Below the pieces are notes generated by a model, which searched no databases, was not told the origin of the DNA, and saw nothing but the letters and a program-made list of their open reading frames with translations. From the IMG/VR virus record IMGVR_UViG_3300024265_000058, positions 1 through 56,182 of that record: a stretch of 56,182 nucleotides of DNA, one strand, 5' to 3'. Each line of letters starts with the position of its first letter. Position 1 is the stretch's first letter. This document shows positions 1 to 8,548 of the stretch, in pieces. The position numbers were made by a program, and so were the translations under genes. This stretch comes from a virus (Duplodnaviria > Caudoviricetes).

Positions 1-21
1 ATCTCATGCACCATGTCGATG

Positions 22-147
22 CGCCCTTGTCCGGGCGCATCGACATGGTGCATGAGATCGACTGGCCTGATGAATGCCCGAGGATCGTTTCGAGATGGAC
101 CTCGCCCTCAATGATCGAGGGTATCTGGATCAGCGCCAGCTCATTCT
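22..147. repeat. 126-bp direct terminal repeat (circular assembly overlap), left copy
   Basis: 22-147 is identical to 56057-56182, and the ERF reading frame continues across the join. Implied circle is 56035 bp. Confidence 0.95.
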
Positions 148-460
148 CGGCCAGTGGCTTGCGGATTACCTCGAGGCAGGCCGCAAGGTCAGCATACTTG
201 TAGCTGTAGCTGCCGGCGTCGGCGGTCTGCGTGGCCTCGGCTGCCTGAATCTCACCCTGCGCCACGGCCAGCGCGGCGTATAGAGCATCGAGTTTTGGCG
301 CGGCTGGCTTTTGCTCCTCGATGTAGGCCTCGACTCCATTGAGCCGCTGAGTGAGCCTGAGCGCTCCCTCCTGCAGGCCATCGACTCGTTTTTTTATCGG
401 CATTAAAGCCTCAAGGATTTGATTTTCTGCTGGTGTGTAGACTCCGGGTTCTTCACTCAT
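22..460 (-). CDS. ERF-family ssDNA annealing protein, 5' part (continues at 56056-55584; ~303 aa in total)
   Basis: Manual translation from ATG 460 (ATGA overlap with the upstream stop): MSEEPGVY...LYAALAVAQGEI...YKYADL...KPLAENELALIQ...LETILGHSSGQ. Joins to GAVMTYLRRYSL...DDD, the ERF signature. Confidence 0.9.
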
Positions 461-1482
461 TCCATTTCTCCTGCGTAGTGTCGGATGTTGTGGGCTATCG
501 CTTTGAGTTCTGATTTCACGTAGCTCAGCACATCCTCTGCTTGTTGCGAAGCGACCGCGGGCAGCTCGGTCGCCTCGATTATGTTGGCCAGCCTTTCAAG
601 TTTTTCCTTATCCGGCGCCAGCTCCGCTTGGCGGGTTGCCGCTGCCTCGGCCTCTGCTTTTTCACGCTCCTGTTTTTCCTCCTCCTCCTTCTCTGCATTC
701 TGCTTGTCGATCTCAGCCTGCTGCGCATCGAGCTCGGCCTGACGCTCGGCATCCTTGGCCTCTTGCTCCTCGCGAGCCTTGGTGTCGGCGGCCTCCTGGG
801 CCTCGCGCAGCTTGCGCTGACCCTCCTCGATCTCGGCCTGCTGTGCGTCCAGTTTCTCTTGCTGCTCGGCCTGCTCCTTGGCCTGCTGTTCCAGCTTGGC
901 GGCCTCCTCCTCGGCGGCCTGCTTGTGGCCGATGGCGATGCGTAGGCGTGATTCACTCTCAGCCTTGGCGCCGACTGCCTGCTCGCGAGCCTCCTGAAAA
1001 ATTTCCTCGGTGATCTCAATGGCGGCGAGATCGTCCTGCCATGCCTGCAGCTCGGCCAGCGTCTTGCCGTCCGTGTCTTGTCCGTAGGCGCGGAGCACTG
1101 CGAGCTGAGCCTCGAGCGTGGCGAGCCGCTGGTCCTCCTTGATTTTCTCGGCGTCATCGATCTCCTTGATGCCGTCCTTGATCGGGTCCTCGATCTTGAC
1201 GATGGCGGCCTTGATCCTGTTGGCCTCGCCATCGACGGCGCGACCGTACTCGAGCGCATCCTTTTTCAGCTCGACGCGCTTCTCCTCGAGGCCCTTGCGG
1301 AGCTGCTGGCATTCCTTGGCCGCCAGCTTGGCGGTGTCGTAGTCTTTGTGGGCATCCACATCCTTGTGCTTCTCGGCCAGCTCGGTCAGCGCAGCGTCGG
1401 TAATGTTGTACTCGATCACATGCTTGGGAGTGGTGGCGATGGCATCGCCTGAGTCATATTCTGTGGGGATTTCGTTGGCCAT
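457..1482 (-). CDS. Long coiled-coil phage protein, DUF1351-like
   Basis: Start MANEIP follows SD CTACGAGGA. N-terminal RKGLEEKRVELKK...IEDPI pattern and E/K/Q/A-rich tail; lies next to ERF. Confidence 0.65.
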   Translation of the reverse strand: MANEIPTEYDSGDAIATTPKHVIEYNITDAALTELAEKHKDVDAHKDYDTAKLAAKECQQLRKGLEEKRVELKKDALEYGRAVDGEANRIKAAIVKIEDPIKDGIKEIDDAEKIKEDQRLATLEAQLAVLRAYGQDTDGKTLAELQAWQDDLAAIEITEEIFQEAREQAVGAKAESESRLRIAIGHKQAAEEEAAKLEQQAKEQAEQQEKLDAQQAEIEEGQRKLREAQEAADTKAREEQEAKDAERQAELDAQQAEIDKQNAEKEEEEKQEREKAEAEAAATRQAELAPDKEKLERLANIIEATELPAVASQQAEDVLSYVKSELKAIAHNIRHYAGEME

Positions 1483-1548
1483 ATCGGTTTCCTCGTAGGT
1501 TGATTTTTCGCATCCGGGCATTGAACTTTTTCCTCGCATGCGTGAGTG

Positions 1549-1580
1549 TTGATTGTCCTGACATTTGTCAGTACAGTCAA
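1549..1580. promoter_or_regulatory. Overlapping divergent sigma70-like promoters with a central palindromic operator
   Basis: + strand TTGATT-17nt-TACAGT; - strand TTGACT-17nt-GACAAT; core CTGACA-TT-TGTCAG; sits between two divergent operons. Confidence 0.65.
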
Positions 1581-1583
1581 GTT

Positions 1584-1742
1584 ATGGGCATAAAAACGAA
1601 ATCCAAGAAATTCCAGATGCGGCTGTCTCCCTTGGAGCTGGCCGCCCTGTATAAGCTGGCTCAGCGCGATGGCGTCACTGCGTCGTCCTGGCTGACCAAT
1701 CACATCCGGGCTCAGGCCCAGAAAAAGGGAATACCGACATGA
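1584..1742 (+). CDS. Small ribbon-helix-helix (Arc/CopG-like) regulator, probably leaderless
   Basis: KKFQMRLSPLELAALYKLAQRDGVTASSWL fits a strand-helix-helix pattern; ATG is 6 nt after the -10 box. Confidence 0.65.
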   Translation: MGIKTKSKKFQMRLSPLELAALYKLAQRDGVTASSWLTNHIRAQAQKKGIPT

Positions 1743-2029
1743 ATGACCCACAACCATCAGGATTAAACACGGCATCAACAGCGTCCGATCACTTACTGGA
1801 CGCCGCCACAAAGCGGGTGCGCACATCCATTGGGACAGCAGGCGGGCATCGAGAAACGCTTGCCGGCATCCGGGCCCGCGTGTTGGGCGAGCACGTTGAC
1901 GGCAAAGTGGAGGAGGAGGCGCCCGAGCCGGTGCGCCATGCTATCGAGGAGCTGAATCACCAGATCACCATTCTGCAGGAGCAGCAGGACATAATCGGCC
2001 AGCACATCGATGCCCTGATGCAGCTATGA
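1739..2029 (+). CDS. Hypothetical protein with C-terminal coiled coil
   Basis: 96-aa ORF with ATGA coupling at both ends. Confidence 0.7.
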   Translation: MNDPQPSGLNTASTASDHLLDAATKRVRTSIGTAGGHRETLAGIRARVLGEHVDGKVEEEAPEPVRHAIEELNHQITILQEQQDIIGQHIDALMQL

Positions 2030-2214
2030 CCAAGGTCGCCAAGTGCCGTAGCTGCGGCGAGTATATCGTCTGGGTTAAGACTGACGCCGGCAACAATATG
2101 CCAGTCGATGCCGATTCATTCGAGGAGGGCGACGAGCTGCTCTACGACAAGGACAAGCACATCAGCCACTTCGCGACCTGCCCGAATGCTGACCAGCACC
2201 GGAGATCGAAATGA
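2026..2214 (+). CDS. Small zinc-binding phage protein
   Basis: CRSC...W...MPVD...SHFATC motif; coupled to both neighbours. Confidence 0.75.
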   Translation: MTKVAKCRSCGEYIVWVKTDAGNNMPVDADSFEEGDELLYDKDKHISHFATCPNADQHRRSK

Positions 2215-2399
2215 AAATCATCAGCATGATGACGGCCCCGGAATTGCGCGAGGAGCTGAAAAAAGCGCTGCTGCTGCTGGCGCTTGCCCGGTGCCCGGAC
2301 GATGAGTGCATCAATGGGCATGTGATGGGCCGGCTGGCCGAGAATGATTCTCGCTGCCAGTGGTGTACCGAAAAATCCGAGCTTGCGGCAGTCGAGTGA
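2211..2399 (+). CDS. Hypothetical Cys-containing protein
   Basis: ATGA overlap; CPDDEC and CQWC motifs. Confidence 0.6.
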   Translation: MKIISMMTAPELREELKKALLLLALARCPDDECINGHVMGRLAENDSRCQWCTEKSELAAVE

Positions 2400-2694
2400 T
2401 TTCGATAGTCTCAAATGATGAAGCCCCCGCCTCTGTTAGTCAGCGGGGGCTTCGGTATCTGGTATCAGCACGGCCGCTCCCACCAGATTCGCGCATCTTA
2501 CACAAGATGTTGTGTCTCTGCCAAGGCCCTACCGCTACCAGCGGCGTTTTTGAGAGGTCTTACCGAAACTCAGACCGAGAAAAATCCGGGGTAGGTTCCA
2601 CGGCCGACCGTCTGATCCCGGTCCCAATACGGCAACGATGCGAGAAGGGGAGCCTACCGCTATTCCGATGCGGGAAGGGCCGGCGGTGCGTCTT

Positions 2695-3012
2695 ATGAGT
2701 GAGCAGCAGGATCTATTCGGTGCAAAGCAGGCGCGTGATAGCGCGCTCGATCAGGTGTCAGGCAACACTGGCGAATGGATGCACAAGGCGTTGTTCGCTA
2801 TCTCAATTATTGATACCGAATTTGAGCTGACTGGCGAGGATATCCGGTTGCGAATAGCCGACCGCGTCGGCAATCCGCACCATCACAATGCCTGGGGCGC
2901 CCTAATCAAGGCCGCCATCAAGCAAAAGTTAATCACACCGACCGGGAAGCAGCGGGCGATGCAGACCGTTAAAAGTCATGCCCGTAGCACACCGGTTTAT
3001 TACATTAGATGA
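2695..3012 (+). CDS. Hypothetical protein, possibly winged-helix DNA-binding
   Basis: Start MSEQQDLFG; contains PHHHNAWGAL and SHAR...VY motifs. Confidence 0.65.
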   Translation: MSEQQDLFGAKQARDSALDQVSGNTGEWMHKALFAISIIDTEFELTGEDIRLRIADRVGNPHHHNAWGALIKAAIKQKLITPTGKQRAMQTVKSHARSTPVYYIR

Positions 3013-3021
3013 GGAACTGAC

Positions 3022-3297
3022 ATGAGTTTAAGAAAAAGACTGCGCGAGCAGGCAGCCGGCCAACTGGATGGCTTGGTCGAACAAATACAGGAGCGAGCTA
3101 CCGAGCTGACGAGGGACATCGATCAGATGTGGGGCGCCGACCTGCTCAAGCTGGCAGCAGGCGGCCGTACCGATACCATCAAGGATAAGCTGGTCACTCG
3201 GCTCACGAATCACAAGGAGGCCGAGCTGGAAAAGTTTTTCAATCAGCAGCAGCAGATGGATTTGGTGCCGAGCAAAAAAGGAGGGAGCGAAAAATGA
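3022..3297 (+). CDS. Hypothetical protein
   Basis: SD GAGGA before the ATG; coupled to the next gene. Confidence 0.7.
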   Translation: MSLRKRLREQAAGQLDGLVEQIQERATELTRDIDQMWGADLLKLAAGGRTDTIKDKLVTRLTNHKEAELEKFFNQQQQMDLVPSKKGGSEK

Positions 3298-3995
3298 AAA
3301 TGCACTGCGACACCATCGAGGCCACCGAGGCCACGCAGGTCCGCGCCAAGCTGTCCGAGGAAACCATCGACCAGTACCGCGAGGAGATCGAAACCGGGGC
3401 CCAGATGCCGCCTATCGTGGTATTCGCGGAGGATGGATCACAGCGCTACATTCTGGCTGACGGTCATCACCGCCTGTACGCCCACATCCATGCCGGCCTC
3501 GAGGAGATCGACGTTGATCTGCGCGTAGGCGACATGCACGACGCGCTCGAGTTTGCCCTGCAGGCGAACCGGGCCCACGGCCTGCGCATGACCAATGCCG
3601 ACAAGGTCAAGGGGGTCAAGATGGCGCTGGCCGATCCTGAGCTCAGGCAGCGCACTCAGCAGGAGATCGCTGACATCGTCGGCATCACCCGTGAGGCGGT
3701 CAATCGCATCAGCCGGCGCGATACCCTGGACTCTACCAAGGAGGTCGATGGCGAGCCCGGTGAGTCCGAGGAGAATTCGGACGGCAATGTGCGGGCGACC
3801 AAGCCCGAGCCGACACAGCAGGAGATCGAGCGCGGTGAGATCAGGCAGGCGGCGTCACTGGTCAAGGCCCTGCCCTACGGTGGCGAGGAGACTGTGCATC
3901 TCGAGCTGACGCCTGATGACGTTGCCGATCTGGAATACATCTCGACATGGTGCGCCCATGCGGTGCTGGCGCATCGAAATTCGACTGCCGAATGA
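3294..3995 (+). CDS. ParB/Srx N-terminal domain protein with HTH
   Basis: MPPIVVF...LADGHHR...ANRAHG (ParB-like), followed by TQQEIADIVGITREAVNRI (HTH). Confidence 0.85.
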   Translation: MKMHCDTIEATEATQVRAKLSEETIDQYREEIETGAQMPPIVVFAEDGSQRYILADGHHRLYAHIHAGLEEIDVDLRVGDMHDALEFALQANRAHGLRMTNADKVKGVKMALADPELRQRTQQEIADIVGITREAVNRISRRDTLDSTKEVDGEPGESEENSDGNVRATKPEPTQQEIERGEIRQAASLVKALPYGGEETVHLELTPDDVADLEYISTWCAHAVLAHRNSTAE

Positions 3996-4234
3996 GCATG
4001 CACTACGGCATCTGGCATGAGGCGTGGTGGGCCTGCTGCCGCATGCACAAAATCGAGTGGTCGGCCAAGGAGGAGGAGCGCGTCACCGAGGCGGCGAAAG
4101 CCTCCTACTACCGGAAGCATGACGCTAATGCCAAGGCGCTGGTCGATGTCTGCCATGAACTCGGCCGCCGCGCCAACATGCACCCGGATGAGGTTGGCAA
4201 AATGATCGACAAGATTAAGCCGCCCGGTGATTGA
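3992..4234 (+). CDS. Hypothetical protein
   Basis: ATGA overlap with the ParB-like gene; also overlaps the helicase start. Confidence 0.6.
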   Translation: MSMHYGIWHEAWWACCRMHKIEWSAKEEERVTEAAKASYYRKHDANAKALVDVCHELGRRANMHPDEVGKMIDKIKPPGD

Positions 4235-5792
4235 GGAGCGCCAGTACCAGCTCGATGATGTAAACCATGCAATGAATCATGGCCTCGAAATGCGGCCGAT
4301 TCACTGCGCACCGACCGGGTCCGGTAAAACCGTGATCCAAGCACTGCTCGCTAAGCGCAGCATGGACCGCGGCGATCCGACCGCGATCCTCACGCCTCGC
4401 AATGAAATTTTCACTCAGACGCAAGGCATCACCGGCGAGGTATGCGGCGAGCACAATGTTTCCGTGCTCCGCGCCAAGCGCGAGGGTGAGTCATGGCGAG
4501 CTGACCGGCCGATCCATATAGTCTCCTGGCCTACCCTGATCTCGCGCACCAAGCGCTCAAAATTCTGGTTTCCTGATGTGAGGCGGGTGCTGGTCGATGA
4601 GGCTCACTTGTCGATGGCGCCCAAGATTCTGGAAATCCTCGAGCACTACGCGCCCAAGGCTATTGTCGATAGTTATACGGCAACCCCCGCCAGAATGACC
4701 GGCAAGGGTCTTGGGCGTTTTTACACGACCATCAAGCATGTCACGACCGTCAGGCAGCTCATGGCCGAGGGCTATCTGTGCCCGGTTGAATACTGGGGTG
4801 GCAACACGCCGGATATGGCCGGCATCAAGATCAGCCGCGGTGATTACGAGGTCAAAAAGCTATCCGATGCCTGCGTTGTGCTGGTCGGTGACGCCGTCGA
4901 TAACTGGCTCAGGCTGGCCAGTGATCGCCATACGATTGTGTTCGCCGTCGATATAGCTCACGCCGAGATGCTGGCGCACCGATTCAAGGAGGTAGGGGTC
5001 AAGGCTGCGGCCCTGCACACCCGGCTCGATGTCGAGGAGCGCGAGGAGGTCAATTACCTATTCAAGTCTCAGGCGTTGCAGGTTCTCGTCAATGTCGGCA
5101 TCGCCAGCTATGGCTACGATGCGCCGAGCGTCAACTGCATCCAGATATGCCGGCCGACCAAGTCCATTGTGCTGCATCTGCAGATGATCGGCCGCGGCAT
5201 GCGGCCCGGAATTGACGAGCACGGTGAGCGGATCACCGATCCTGATGACCCGAATTTCAAAACCTGCATGGTGCTCGATCATGCCGGCAATGTGGCGGCC
5301 TTGGGCATGGCTGACGATCTGTTTCGCTGGCGCCTCGATGAGGGCAAGAAGGCCTGCGTCAACTGGTCAAAGCGCGAGGAGTCAGGCGAGCCTGATCCTA
5401 CCGTGCATACCTGCGAGGAGTGTGGCCACCTGTTCTCACAGCGCCGCGTATGCCCGAAATGCGGCTGGAAAGTGCCCTACTCCAAGCGCGACGTTGCGGC
5501 CACTGAGGCCGATCTGGTGCCGATAGGCAAGAACATGGTCAAGCGGCTGCCCGAGGGCTGGCCGTCGCATGAGGTCTTATTCCAGATGCTCCTGCACAAG
5601 CAGCGTGAGAAAAAATACGCCAGCGGGTGGGCCCGGAATCAATTCAACAGAAAGGTAGGCTGCTACCCGCCCGGACACTGGTCCGATCTGGCGGCCATCC
5701 CTCCCAACAAGCGGGTCCGTAACTGGATCACATCGAGGAACATAGCTTATGCAGCAGTCCAGCGAAGGCTCAAAGCACAAGGCCACGGTTAA
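4227..5792 (+). CDS. Superfamily 2 DEAH helicase with C-terminal Zn finger (RadD/YejH-like phage helicase)
   Basis: APTGSGKT, DEAH, TATP, QMIGRGMR, LDHAGN and CEEC...CPKC motifs. Confidence 0.93.
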   Translation: MIEERQYQLDDVNHAMNHGLEMRPIHCAPTGSGKTVIQALLAKRSMDRGDPTAILTPRNEIFTQTQGITGEVCGEHNVSVLRAKREGESWRADRPIHIVSWPTLISRTKRSKFWFPDVRRVLVDEAHLSMAPKILEILEHYAPKAIVDSYTATPARMTGKGLGRFYTTIKHVTTVRQLMAEGYLCPVEYWGGNTPDMAGIKISRGDYEVKKLSDACVVLVGDAVDNWLRLASDRHTIVFAVDIAHAEMLAHRFKEVGVKAAALHTRLDVEEREEVNYLFKSQALQVLVNVGIASYGYDAPSVNCIQICRPTKSIVLHLQMIGRGMRPGIDEHGERITDPDDPNFKTCMVLDHAGNVAALGMADDLFRWRLDEGKKACVNWSKREESGEPDPTVHTCEECGHLFSQRRVCPKCGWKVPYSKRDVAATEADLVPIGKNMVKRLPEGWPSHEVLFQMLLHKQREKKYASGWARNQFNRKVGCYPPGHWSDLAAIPPNKRVRNWITSRNIAYAAVQRRLKAQGHG

Positions 5793-5820
5793 ATTTCTGG
5801 CTGATCGCACGGCCATACTG

Positions 5821-6012
5821 ATGACCATTTGTATTGTCGATCACGGCGGTAAGCTGAGCCCGTTTTTCCGGGATGGGTTCTATGCCGGTGAGGCCGGCAA
5901 CGAGATCAGGGAGATGCCTGAGTATGCCCAGTCGATGCAGATAGTCAGGAATATGGTTAAGCGGGAAATTGCCCGGTCGGCCGCCGAAGATCACAAATCG
6001 GCAAACCCATGA
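5821..6012 (+). CDS. Hypothetical protein (start uncertain)
   Basis: Open frame filling the gap between the helicase and the nuclease. Confidence 0.4.
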   Translation: MTICIVDHGGKLSPFFRDGFYAGEAGNEIREMPEYAQSMQIVRNMVKREIARSAAEDHKSANP

Positions 6013-6049
6013 AAAGACGGAAGCGCGACCGGGACCAGGGGATCATAGC

Positions 6050-6409
6050 ATGAGACGATACGCGAACATCAAAAAGCACCAGCACCCTGACGGCACTAAG
6101 CTGGATTCTGGGCGCGAGCTCACGCGGTACTGCGAGCTCCTCCTCCTGCAGCGGGCCGGCGAGATCAGCCTGCTCAAGGTGCATCCGAGGTTTCCGATTG
6201 AGATTGCCGGGGTGCCGATCATGATTAAGTCGAAGCGCTACCACAACGGGCGCCAGCTCACCTATGTCGCTGACTTCACATATTTGGACAAGCAGACTGA
6301 CAGCTTCGTGATCGAAGATGTCAAAATGCAGTCCGGGTTTCGCACGGAGATTTACAAAATAAAACGGGCACTCATGGAGGCAATGGGCAGCCCGATCACG
6401 GAGTATTGA
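6050..6409 (+). CDS. DUF1064-like PD-(D/E)XK endonuclease (putative resolvase)
   Basis: DG..LDS..E..RY..L.LLQRAGEI...YVADFTY...IEDVK...YKIKR pattern. Confidence 0.85.
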   Translation: MRRYANIKKHQHPDGTKLDSGRELTRYCELLLLQRAGEISLLKVHPRFPIEIAGVPIMIKSKRYHNGRQLTYVADFTYLDKQTDSFVIEDVKMQSGFRTEIYKIKRALMEAMGSPITEY

Positions 6410-6410
6410 A

Positions 6411-6680
6411 ATGGGACGAATCTATTCAAGAACAACGACCTGCAATGAGCTGATATCAGCCAAGCAGCGCGAGCTGGTCATCGAGCTGTACACCGAAACC
6501 AATAAGACCTTTCATGAGATGTCGCAGGTAACGGGGGTGCCGGTAGCCAAGATCAAAAAAATGTCACACAGCCTGCATCGGCCGGCGCGCTCGAGGCCGC
6601 TGACTGATCTGCAGCGCACAAGATTGCTCATGAACTGGGAGCGGCCGAATGACCGTCATGGATTTTTTGGAGCTGGTTGA
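6411..6680 (+). CDS. Hypothetical HTH-like protein
   Basis: VIELY...TFHEMSQVTGVPVAKI resembles an HTH. Confidence 0.55.
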   Translation: MGRIYSRTTTCNELISAKQRELVIELYTETNKTFHEMSQVTGVPVAKIKKMSHSLHRPARSRPLTDLQRTRLLMNWERPNDRHGFFGAG

Positions 6681-6984
6681 TTCGGTCACGTACAAGCCCG
6701 GTGAAGTGCTCCGGGTGATCGGCCGGGACGATCCTGAGTATATGTATGACGGCCGGATCAGGCTGGTGCTGGATCGCACTGTGCCTGACGCCAAGCGGCC
6801 CGGTGAAACTATCAACATCCTGCACAATCTGGTGCTGACCGAGTACGATCTCGACGCCCTCGATGACGACCATGCCAAGTATTGGATTTATAACCATCTG
6901 CGCACGGCCGAGATACATGAGTGCGAGGAGTTCCTGAAATTCGGCGGCGTCCAGTACCGCGATCCTCACGCCAATGGTGGGTAG
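6649..6984 (+). CDS. Hypothetical phage protein
   Basis: 111-aa ORF within the operon; HECEEFLKF...DPH motif. Confidence 0.65.
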   Translation: MTVMDFLELVDSVTYKPGEVLRVIGRDDPEYMYDGRIRLVLDRTVPDAKRPGETINILHNLVLTEYDLDALDDDHAKYWIYNHLRTAEIHECEEFLKFGGVQYRDPHANGG

Positions 6985-7438
6985 CACCGAGCCGATCCGG
7001 CCCAAGGACAAGCGCCGTTTCCTGATTATCAAAACGCACTGCGGCTGCCTGTGCTGCCTGCTCATGGGCTGGCCTGATGTGCATGCGACCATCGAGCATG
7101 TCACCGAGGCCGGCCGGCGCAAGGGCCATCACGCCAGCCTGGGCCTGTGCGGCTGGCATCATTTCGGCTACTGTCACCGCGGCAAGCGCGCCGATTACAT
7201 GACCGCTGAGCTCGGGCCCTCACTGGCCAATGGCCGCAAACCATTCGAGGAGTTTTTTGGCGATGAGTCCGAGATCCTGCTGCCGATCCAAAACTACCTG
7301 CTCAAGAGATTTGCCGCCGATCCGTGGCCTGAGTACAATCTGCCCGGTAATGTAGCAATCGACACTCGCACCAAATGGATAGAACTGAATCATGCGACCG
7401 CTCAATCACTGTCACGACCAGCCGATCAGTCAAACTGA
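6974..7438 (+). CDS. Ref/DUF1364-like HNH-type nuclease
   Basis: GCLCC...EH...GH...LGLCGWHH...GPSLA...F...FG.E pattern. Confidence 0.75.
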   Translation: MVGSTEPIRPKDKRRFLIIKTHCGCLCCLLMGWPDVHATIEHVTEAGRRKGHHASLGLCGWHHFGYCHRGKRADYMTAELGPSLANGRKPFEEFFGDESEILLPIQNYLLKRFAADPWPEYNLPGNVAIDTRTKWIELNHATAQSLSRPADQSN

Positions 7439-7555
7439 ATCCGCTCTGGCCGAAATATTGGATGGTGTGCGGCGAGGTAAATCGCATCCTGACCGATCAG
7501 GACGCTCCTGAGCGCCTGATAGGCTCACACTGGCACCCAGACCGAGGATGAAATT

Positions 7556-7912
7556 ATGGCACTCGTAGGCAACCCGCAAGAGCGTGGACAAACACTCATC
7601 GTCATTGGCGTAGATCAGGGCGGCGCTGCCGTCTGCATCGAGCTGGATGACGTTTCCAAATTCAATGAATTTTCTTTGCAGTGCAGCGCTGGCACCATGA
7701 ACTGTCAGGTAAGCCTCGACGGCGTCATTTACACGGCAAACGACATGGCCTGGGAGGATGAGATGTCCACCACTCCGCAGACTCGGGTCATCGCGTTTGC
7801 GGCTGGCAATTTGTATGTAATGCGCGCCAGCATCAAGTCGATCCGTATTCAGTCGAGCGCCGGTGGCGTCGTCAATCCGCGCCTGATGTGCGGCACAGTC
7901 GGGCGCCGATAA
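7556..7912 (+). CDS. Hypothetical beta-rich protein, possibly virion-associated
   Basis: SD GAGGA before the start; QVSLDG motif. Confidence 0.65.
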   Translation: MALVGNPQERGQTLIVIGVDQGGAAVCIELDDVSKFNEFSLQCSAGTMNCQVSLDGVIYTANDMAWEDEMSTTPQTRVIAFAAGNLYVMRASIKSIRIQSSAGGVVNPRLMCGTVGRR

Positions 7913-8200
7913 GTGTCTCAAAAGCTGGCCGATCTGCCCAGTGTGCAGTGGCAAGTCGATAACTGGGATGAGATGCAGGACTTCATCAAGGATTTCGAGG
8001 CGCGCTGCATCCCTGACGGCGACAACCTGCTGCTGCAGGCATGGGGTGGCCTGAATACGGTGCTGCATCCCGGTGACTGCTTGGTGCTCCGGGATAACAG
8101 TGTCGGAATAATTCGAGTGCCGACCGAAGTCGATACGGCCGGCCCGCAGGGGCCGGCAGAGATTCAGACTGATAGCACTAAGCACTCAATGGCGAATTGA
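7913..8200 (+). CDS. Hypothetical phage protein
   Basis: GTG start abuts the upstream stop; VQW...N.DEM...PGD pattern. Confidence 0.6.
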   Translation: MSQKLADLPSVQWQVDNWDEMQDFIKDFEARCIPDGDNLLLQAWGGLNTVLHPGDCLVLRDNSVGIIRVPTEVDTAGPQGPAEIQTDSTKHSMAN

Positions 8201-8361
8201 ACCGTGTAATCGAATTGGCGCTGACCGGACAGCCAGCGCCGAATGGTTCGCTCATCTACTCCAATTTTCCGCGCAAGCGCGGCCTGAGTGAGCCCTGTCG
8301 AGCCGATCAGCTCGGCAAGGTACTCAGGCCGCGGGTCATACTTTGAGGCGTCAGGTTTCAC
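8164..8361 (-). CDS. XRE/Cro-type HTH protein
   Basis: GLTQAALARKIGVDERTIRRWLSG; GTG start (MKPDASK); last gene of the leftward operon. Confidence 0.85.
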   Translation of the reverse strand: MKPDASKYDPRPEYLAELIGSTGLTQAALARKIGVDERTIRRWLSGQRQFDYTVQFAIECLVLSV

Positions 8362-8548
8362 GCGGTTGCTGCCCCATTTTGTCCCACACTCCACCATTCA
8401 GGTAGTGAACTCGGGCCGCCGCTCGCGTCGTGCTGTCATGATCTGACTCGGCCTCGAATTTGCCATCAGGCTTATAGAATCCGACCGTCCATAGTCGGTG
8501 GCGCTCGCCGGCCTCGCGGAAGTCCTCGCTCAGGATGTAGATATACAT
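8351..8548 (-). CDS. Small hypothetical phage protein
   Basis: MYIYI...LWTVGFY.PDGKFEAESDH...AAARVHYLNGG. Confidence 0.75.
   Translation of the reverse strand: MYIYILSEDFREAGERHRLWTVGFYKPDGKFEAESDHDSTTRAAARVHYLNGGVWDKMGQQPRET

Noticed and set aside
1-58. Perfect 26-bp fold-back at the contig start, suggestive of a hairpin telomere
   Set aside because: The other copy of this locus (56041-56093) lacks bases 1-21, the site is inside the ERF gene, and no protelomerase is evident. A natural 5-bp CGCCC/GGGCG inverted match explains a fold-back library or assembly chimera.
22-147. Biological direct terminal repeat
   Set aside because: It falls mid-gene and its length is typical of assembler overlap; treated as evidence of circularity only.
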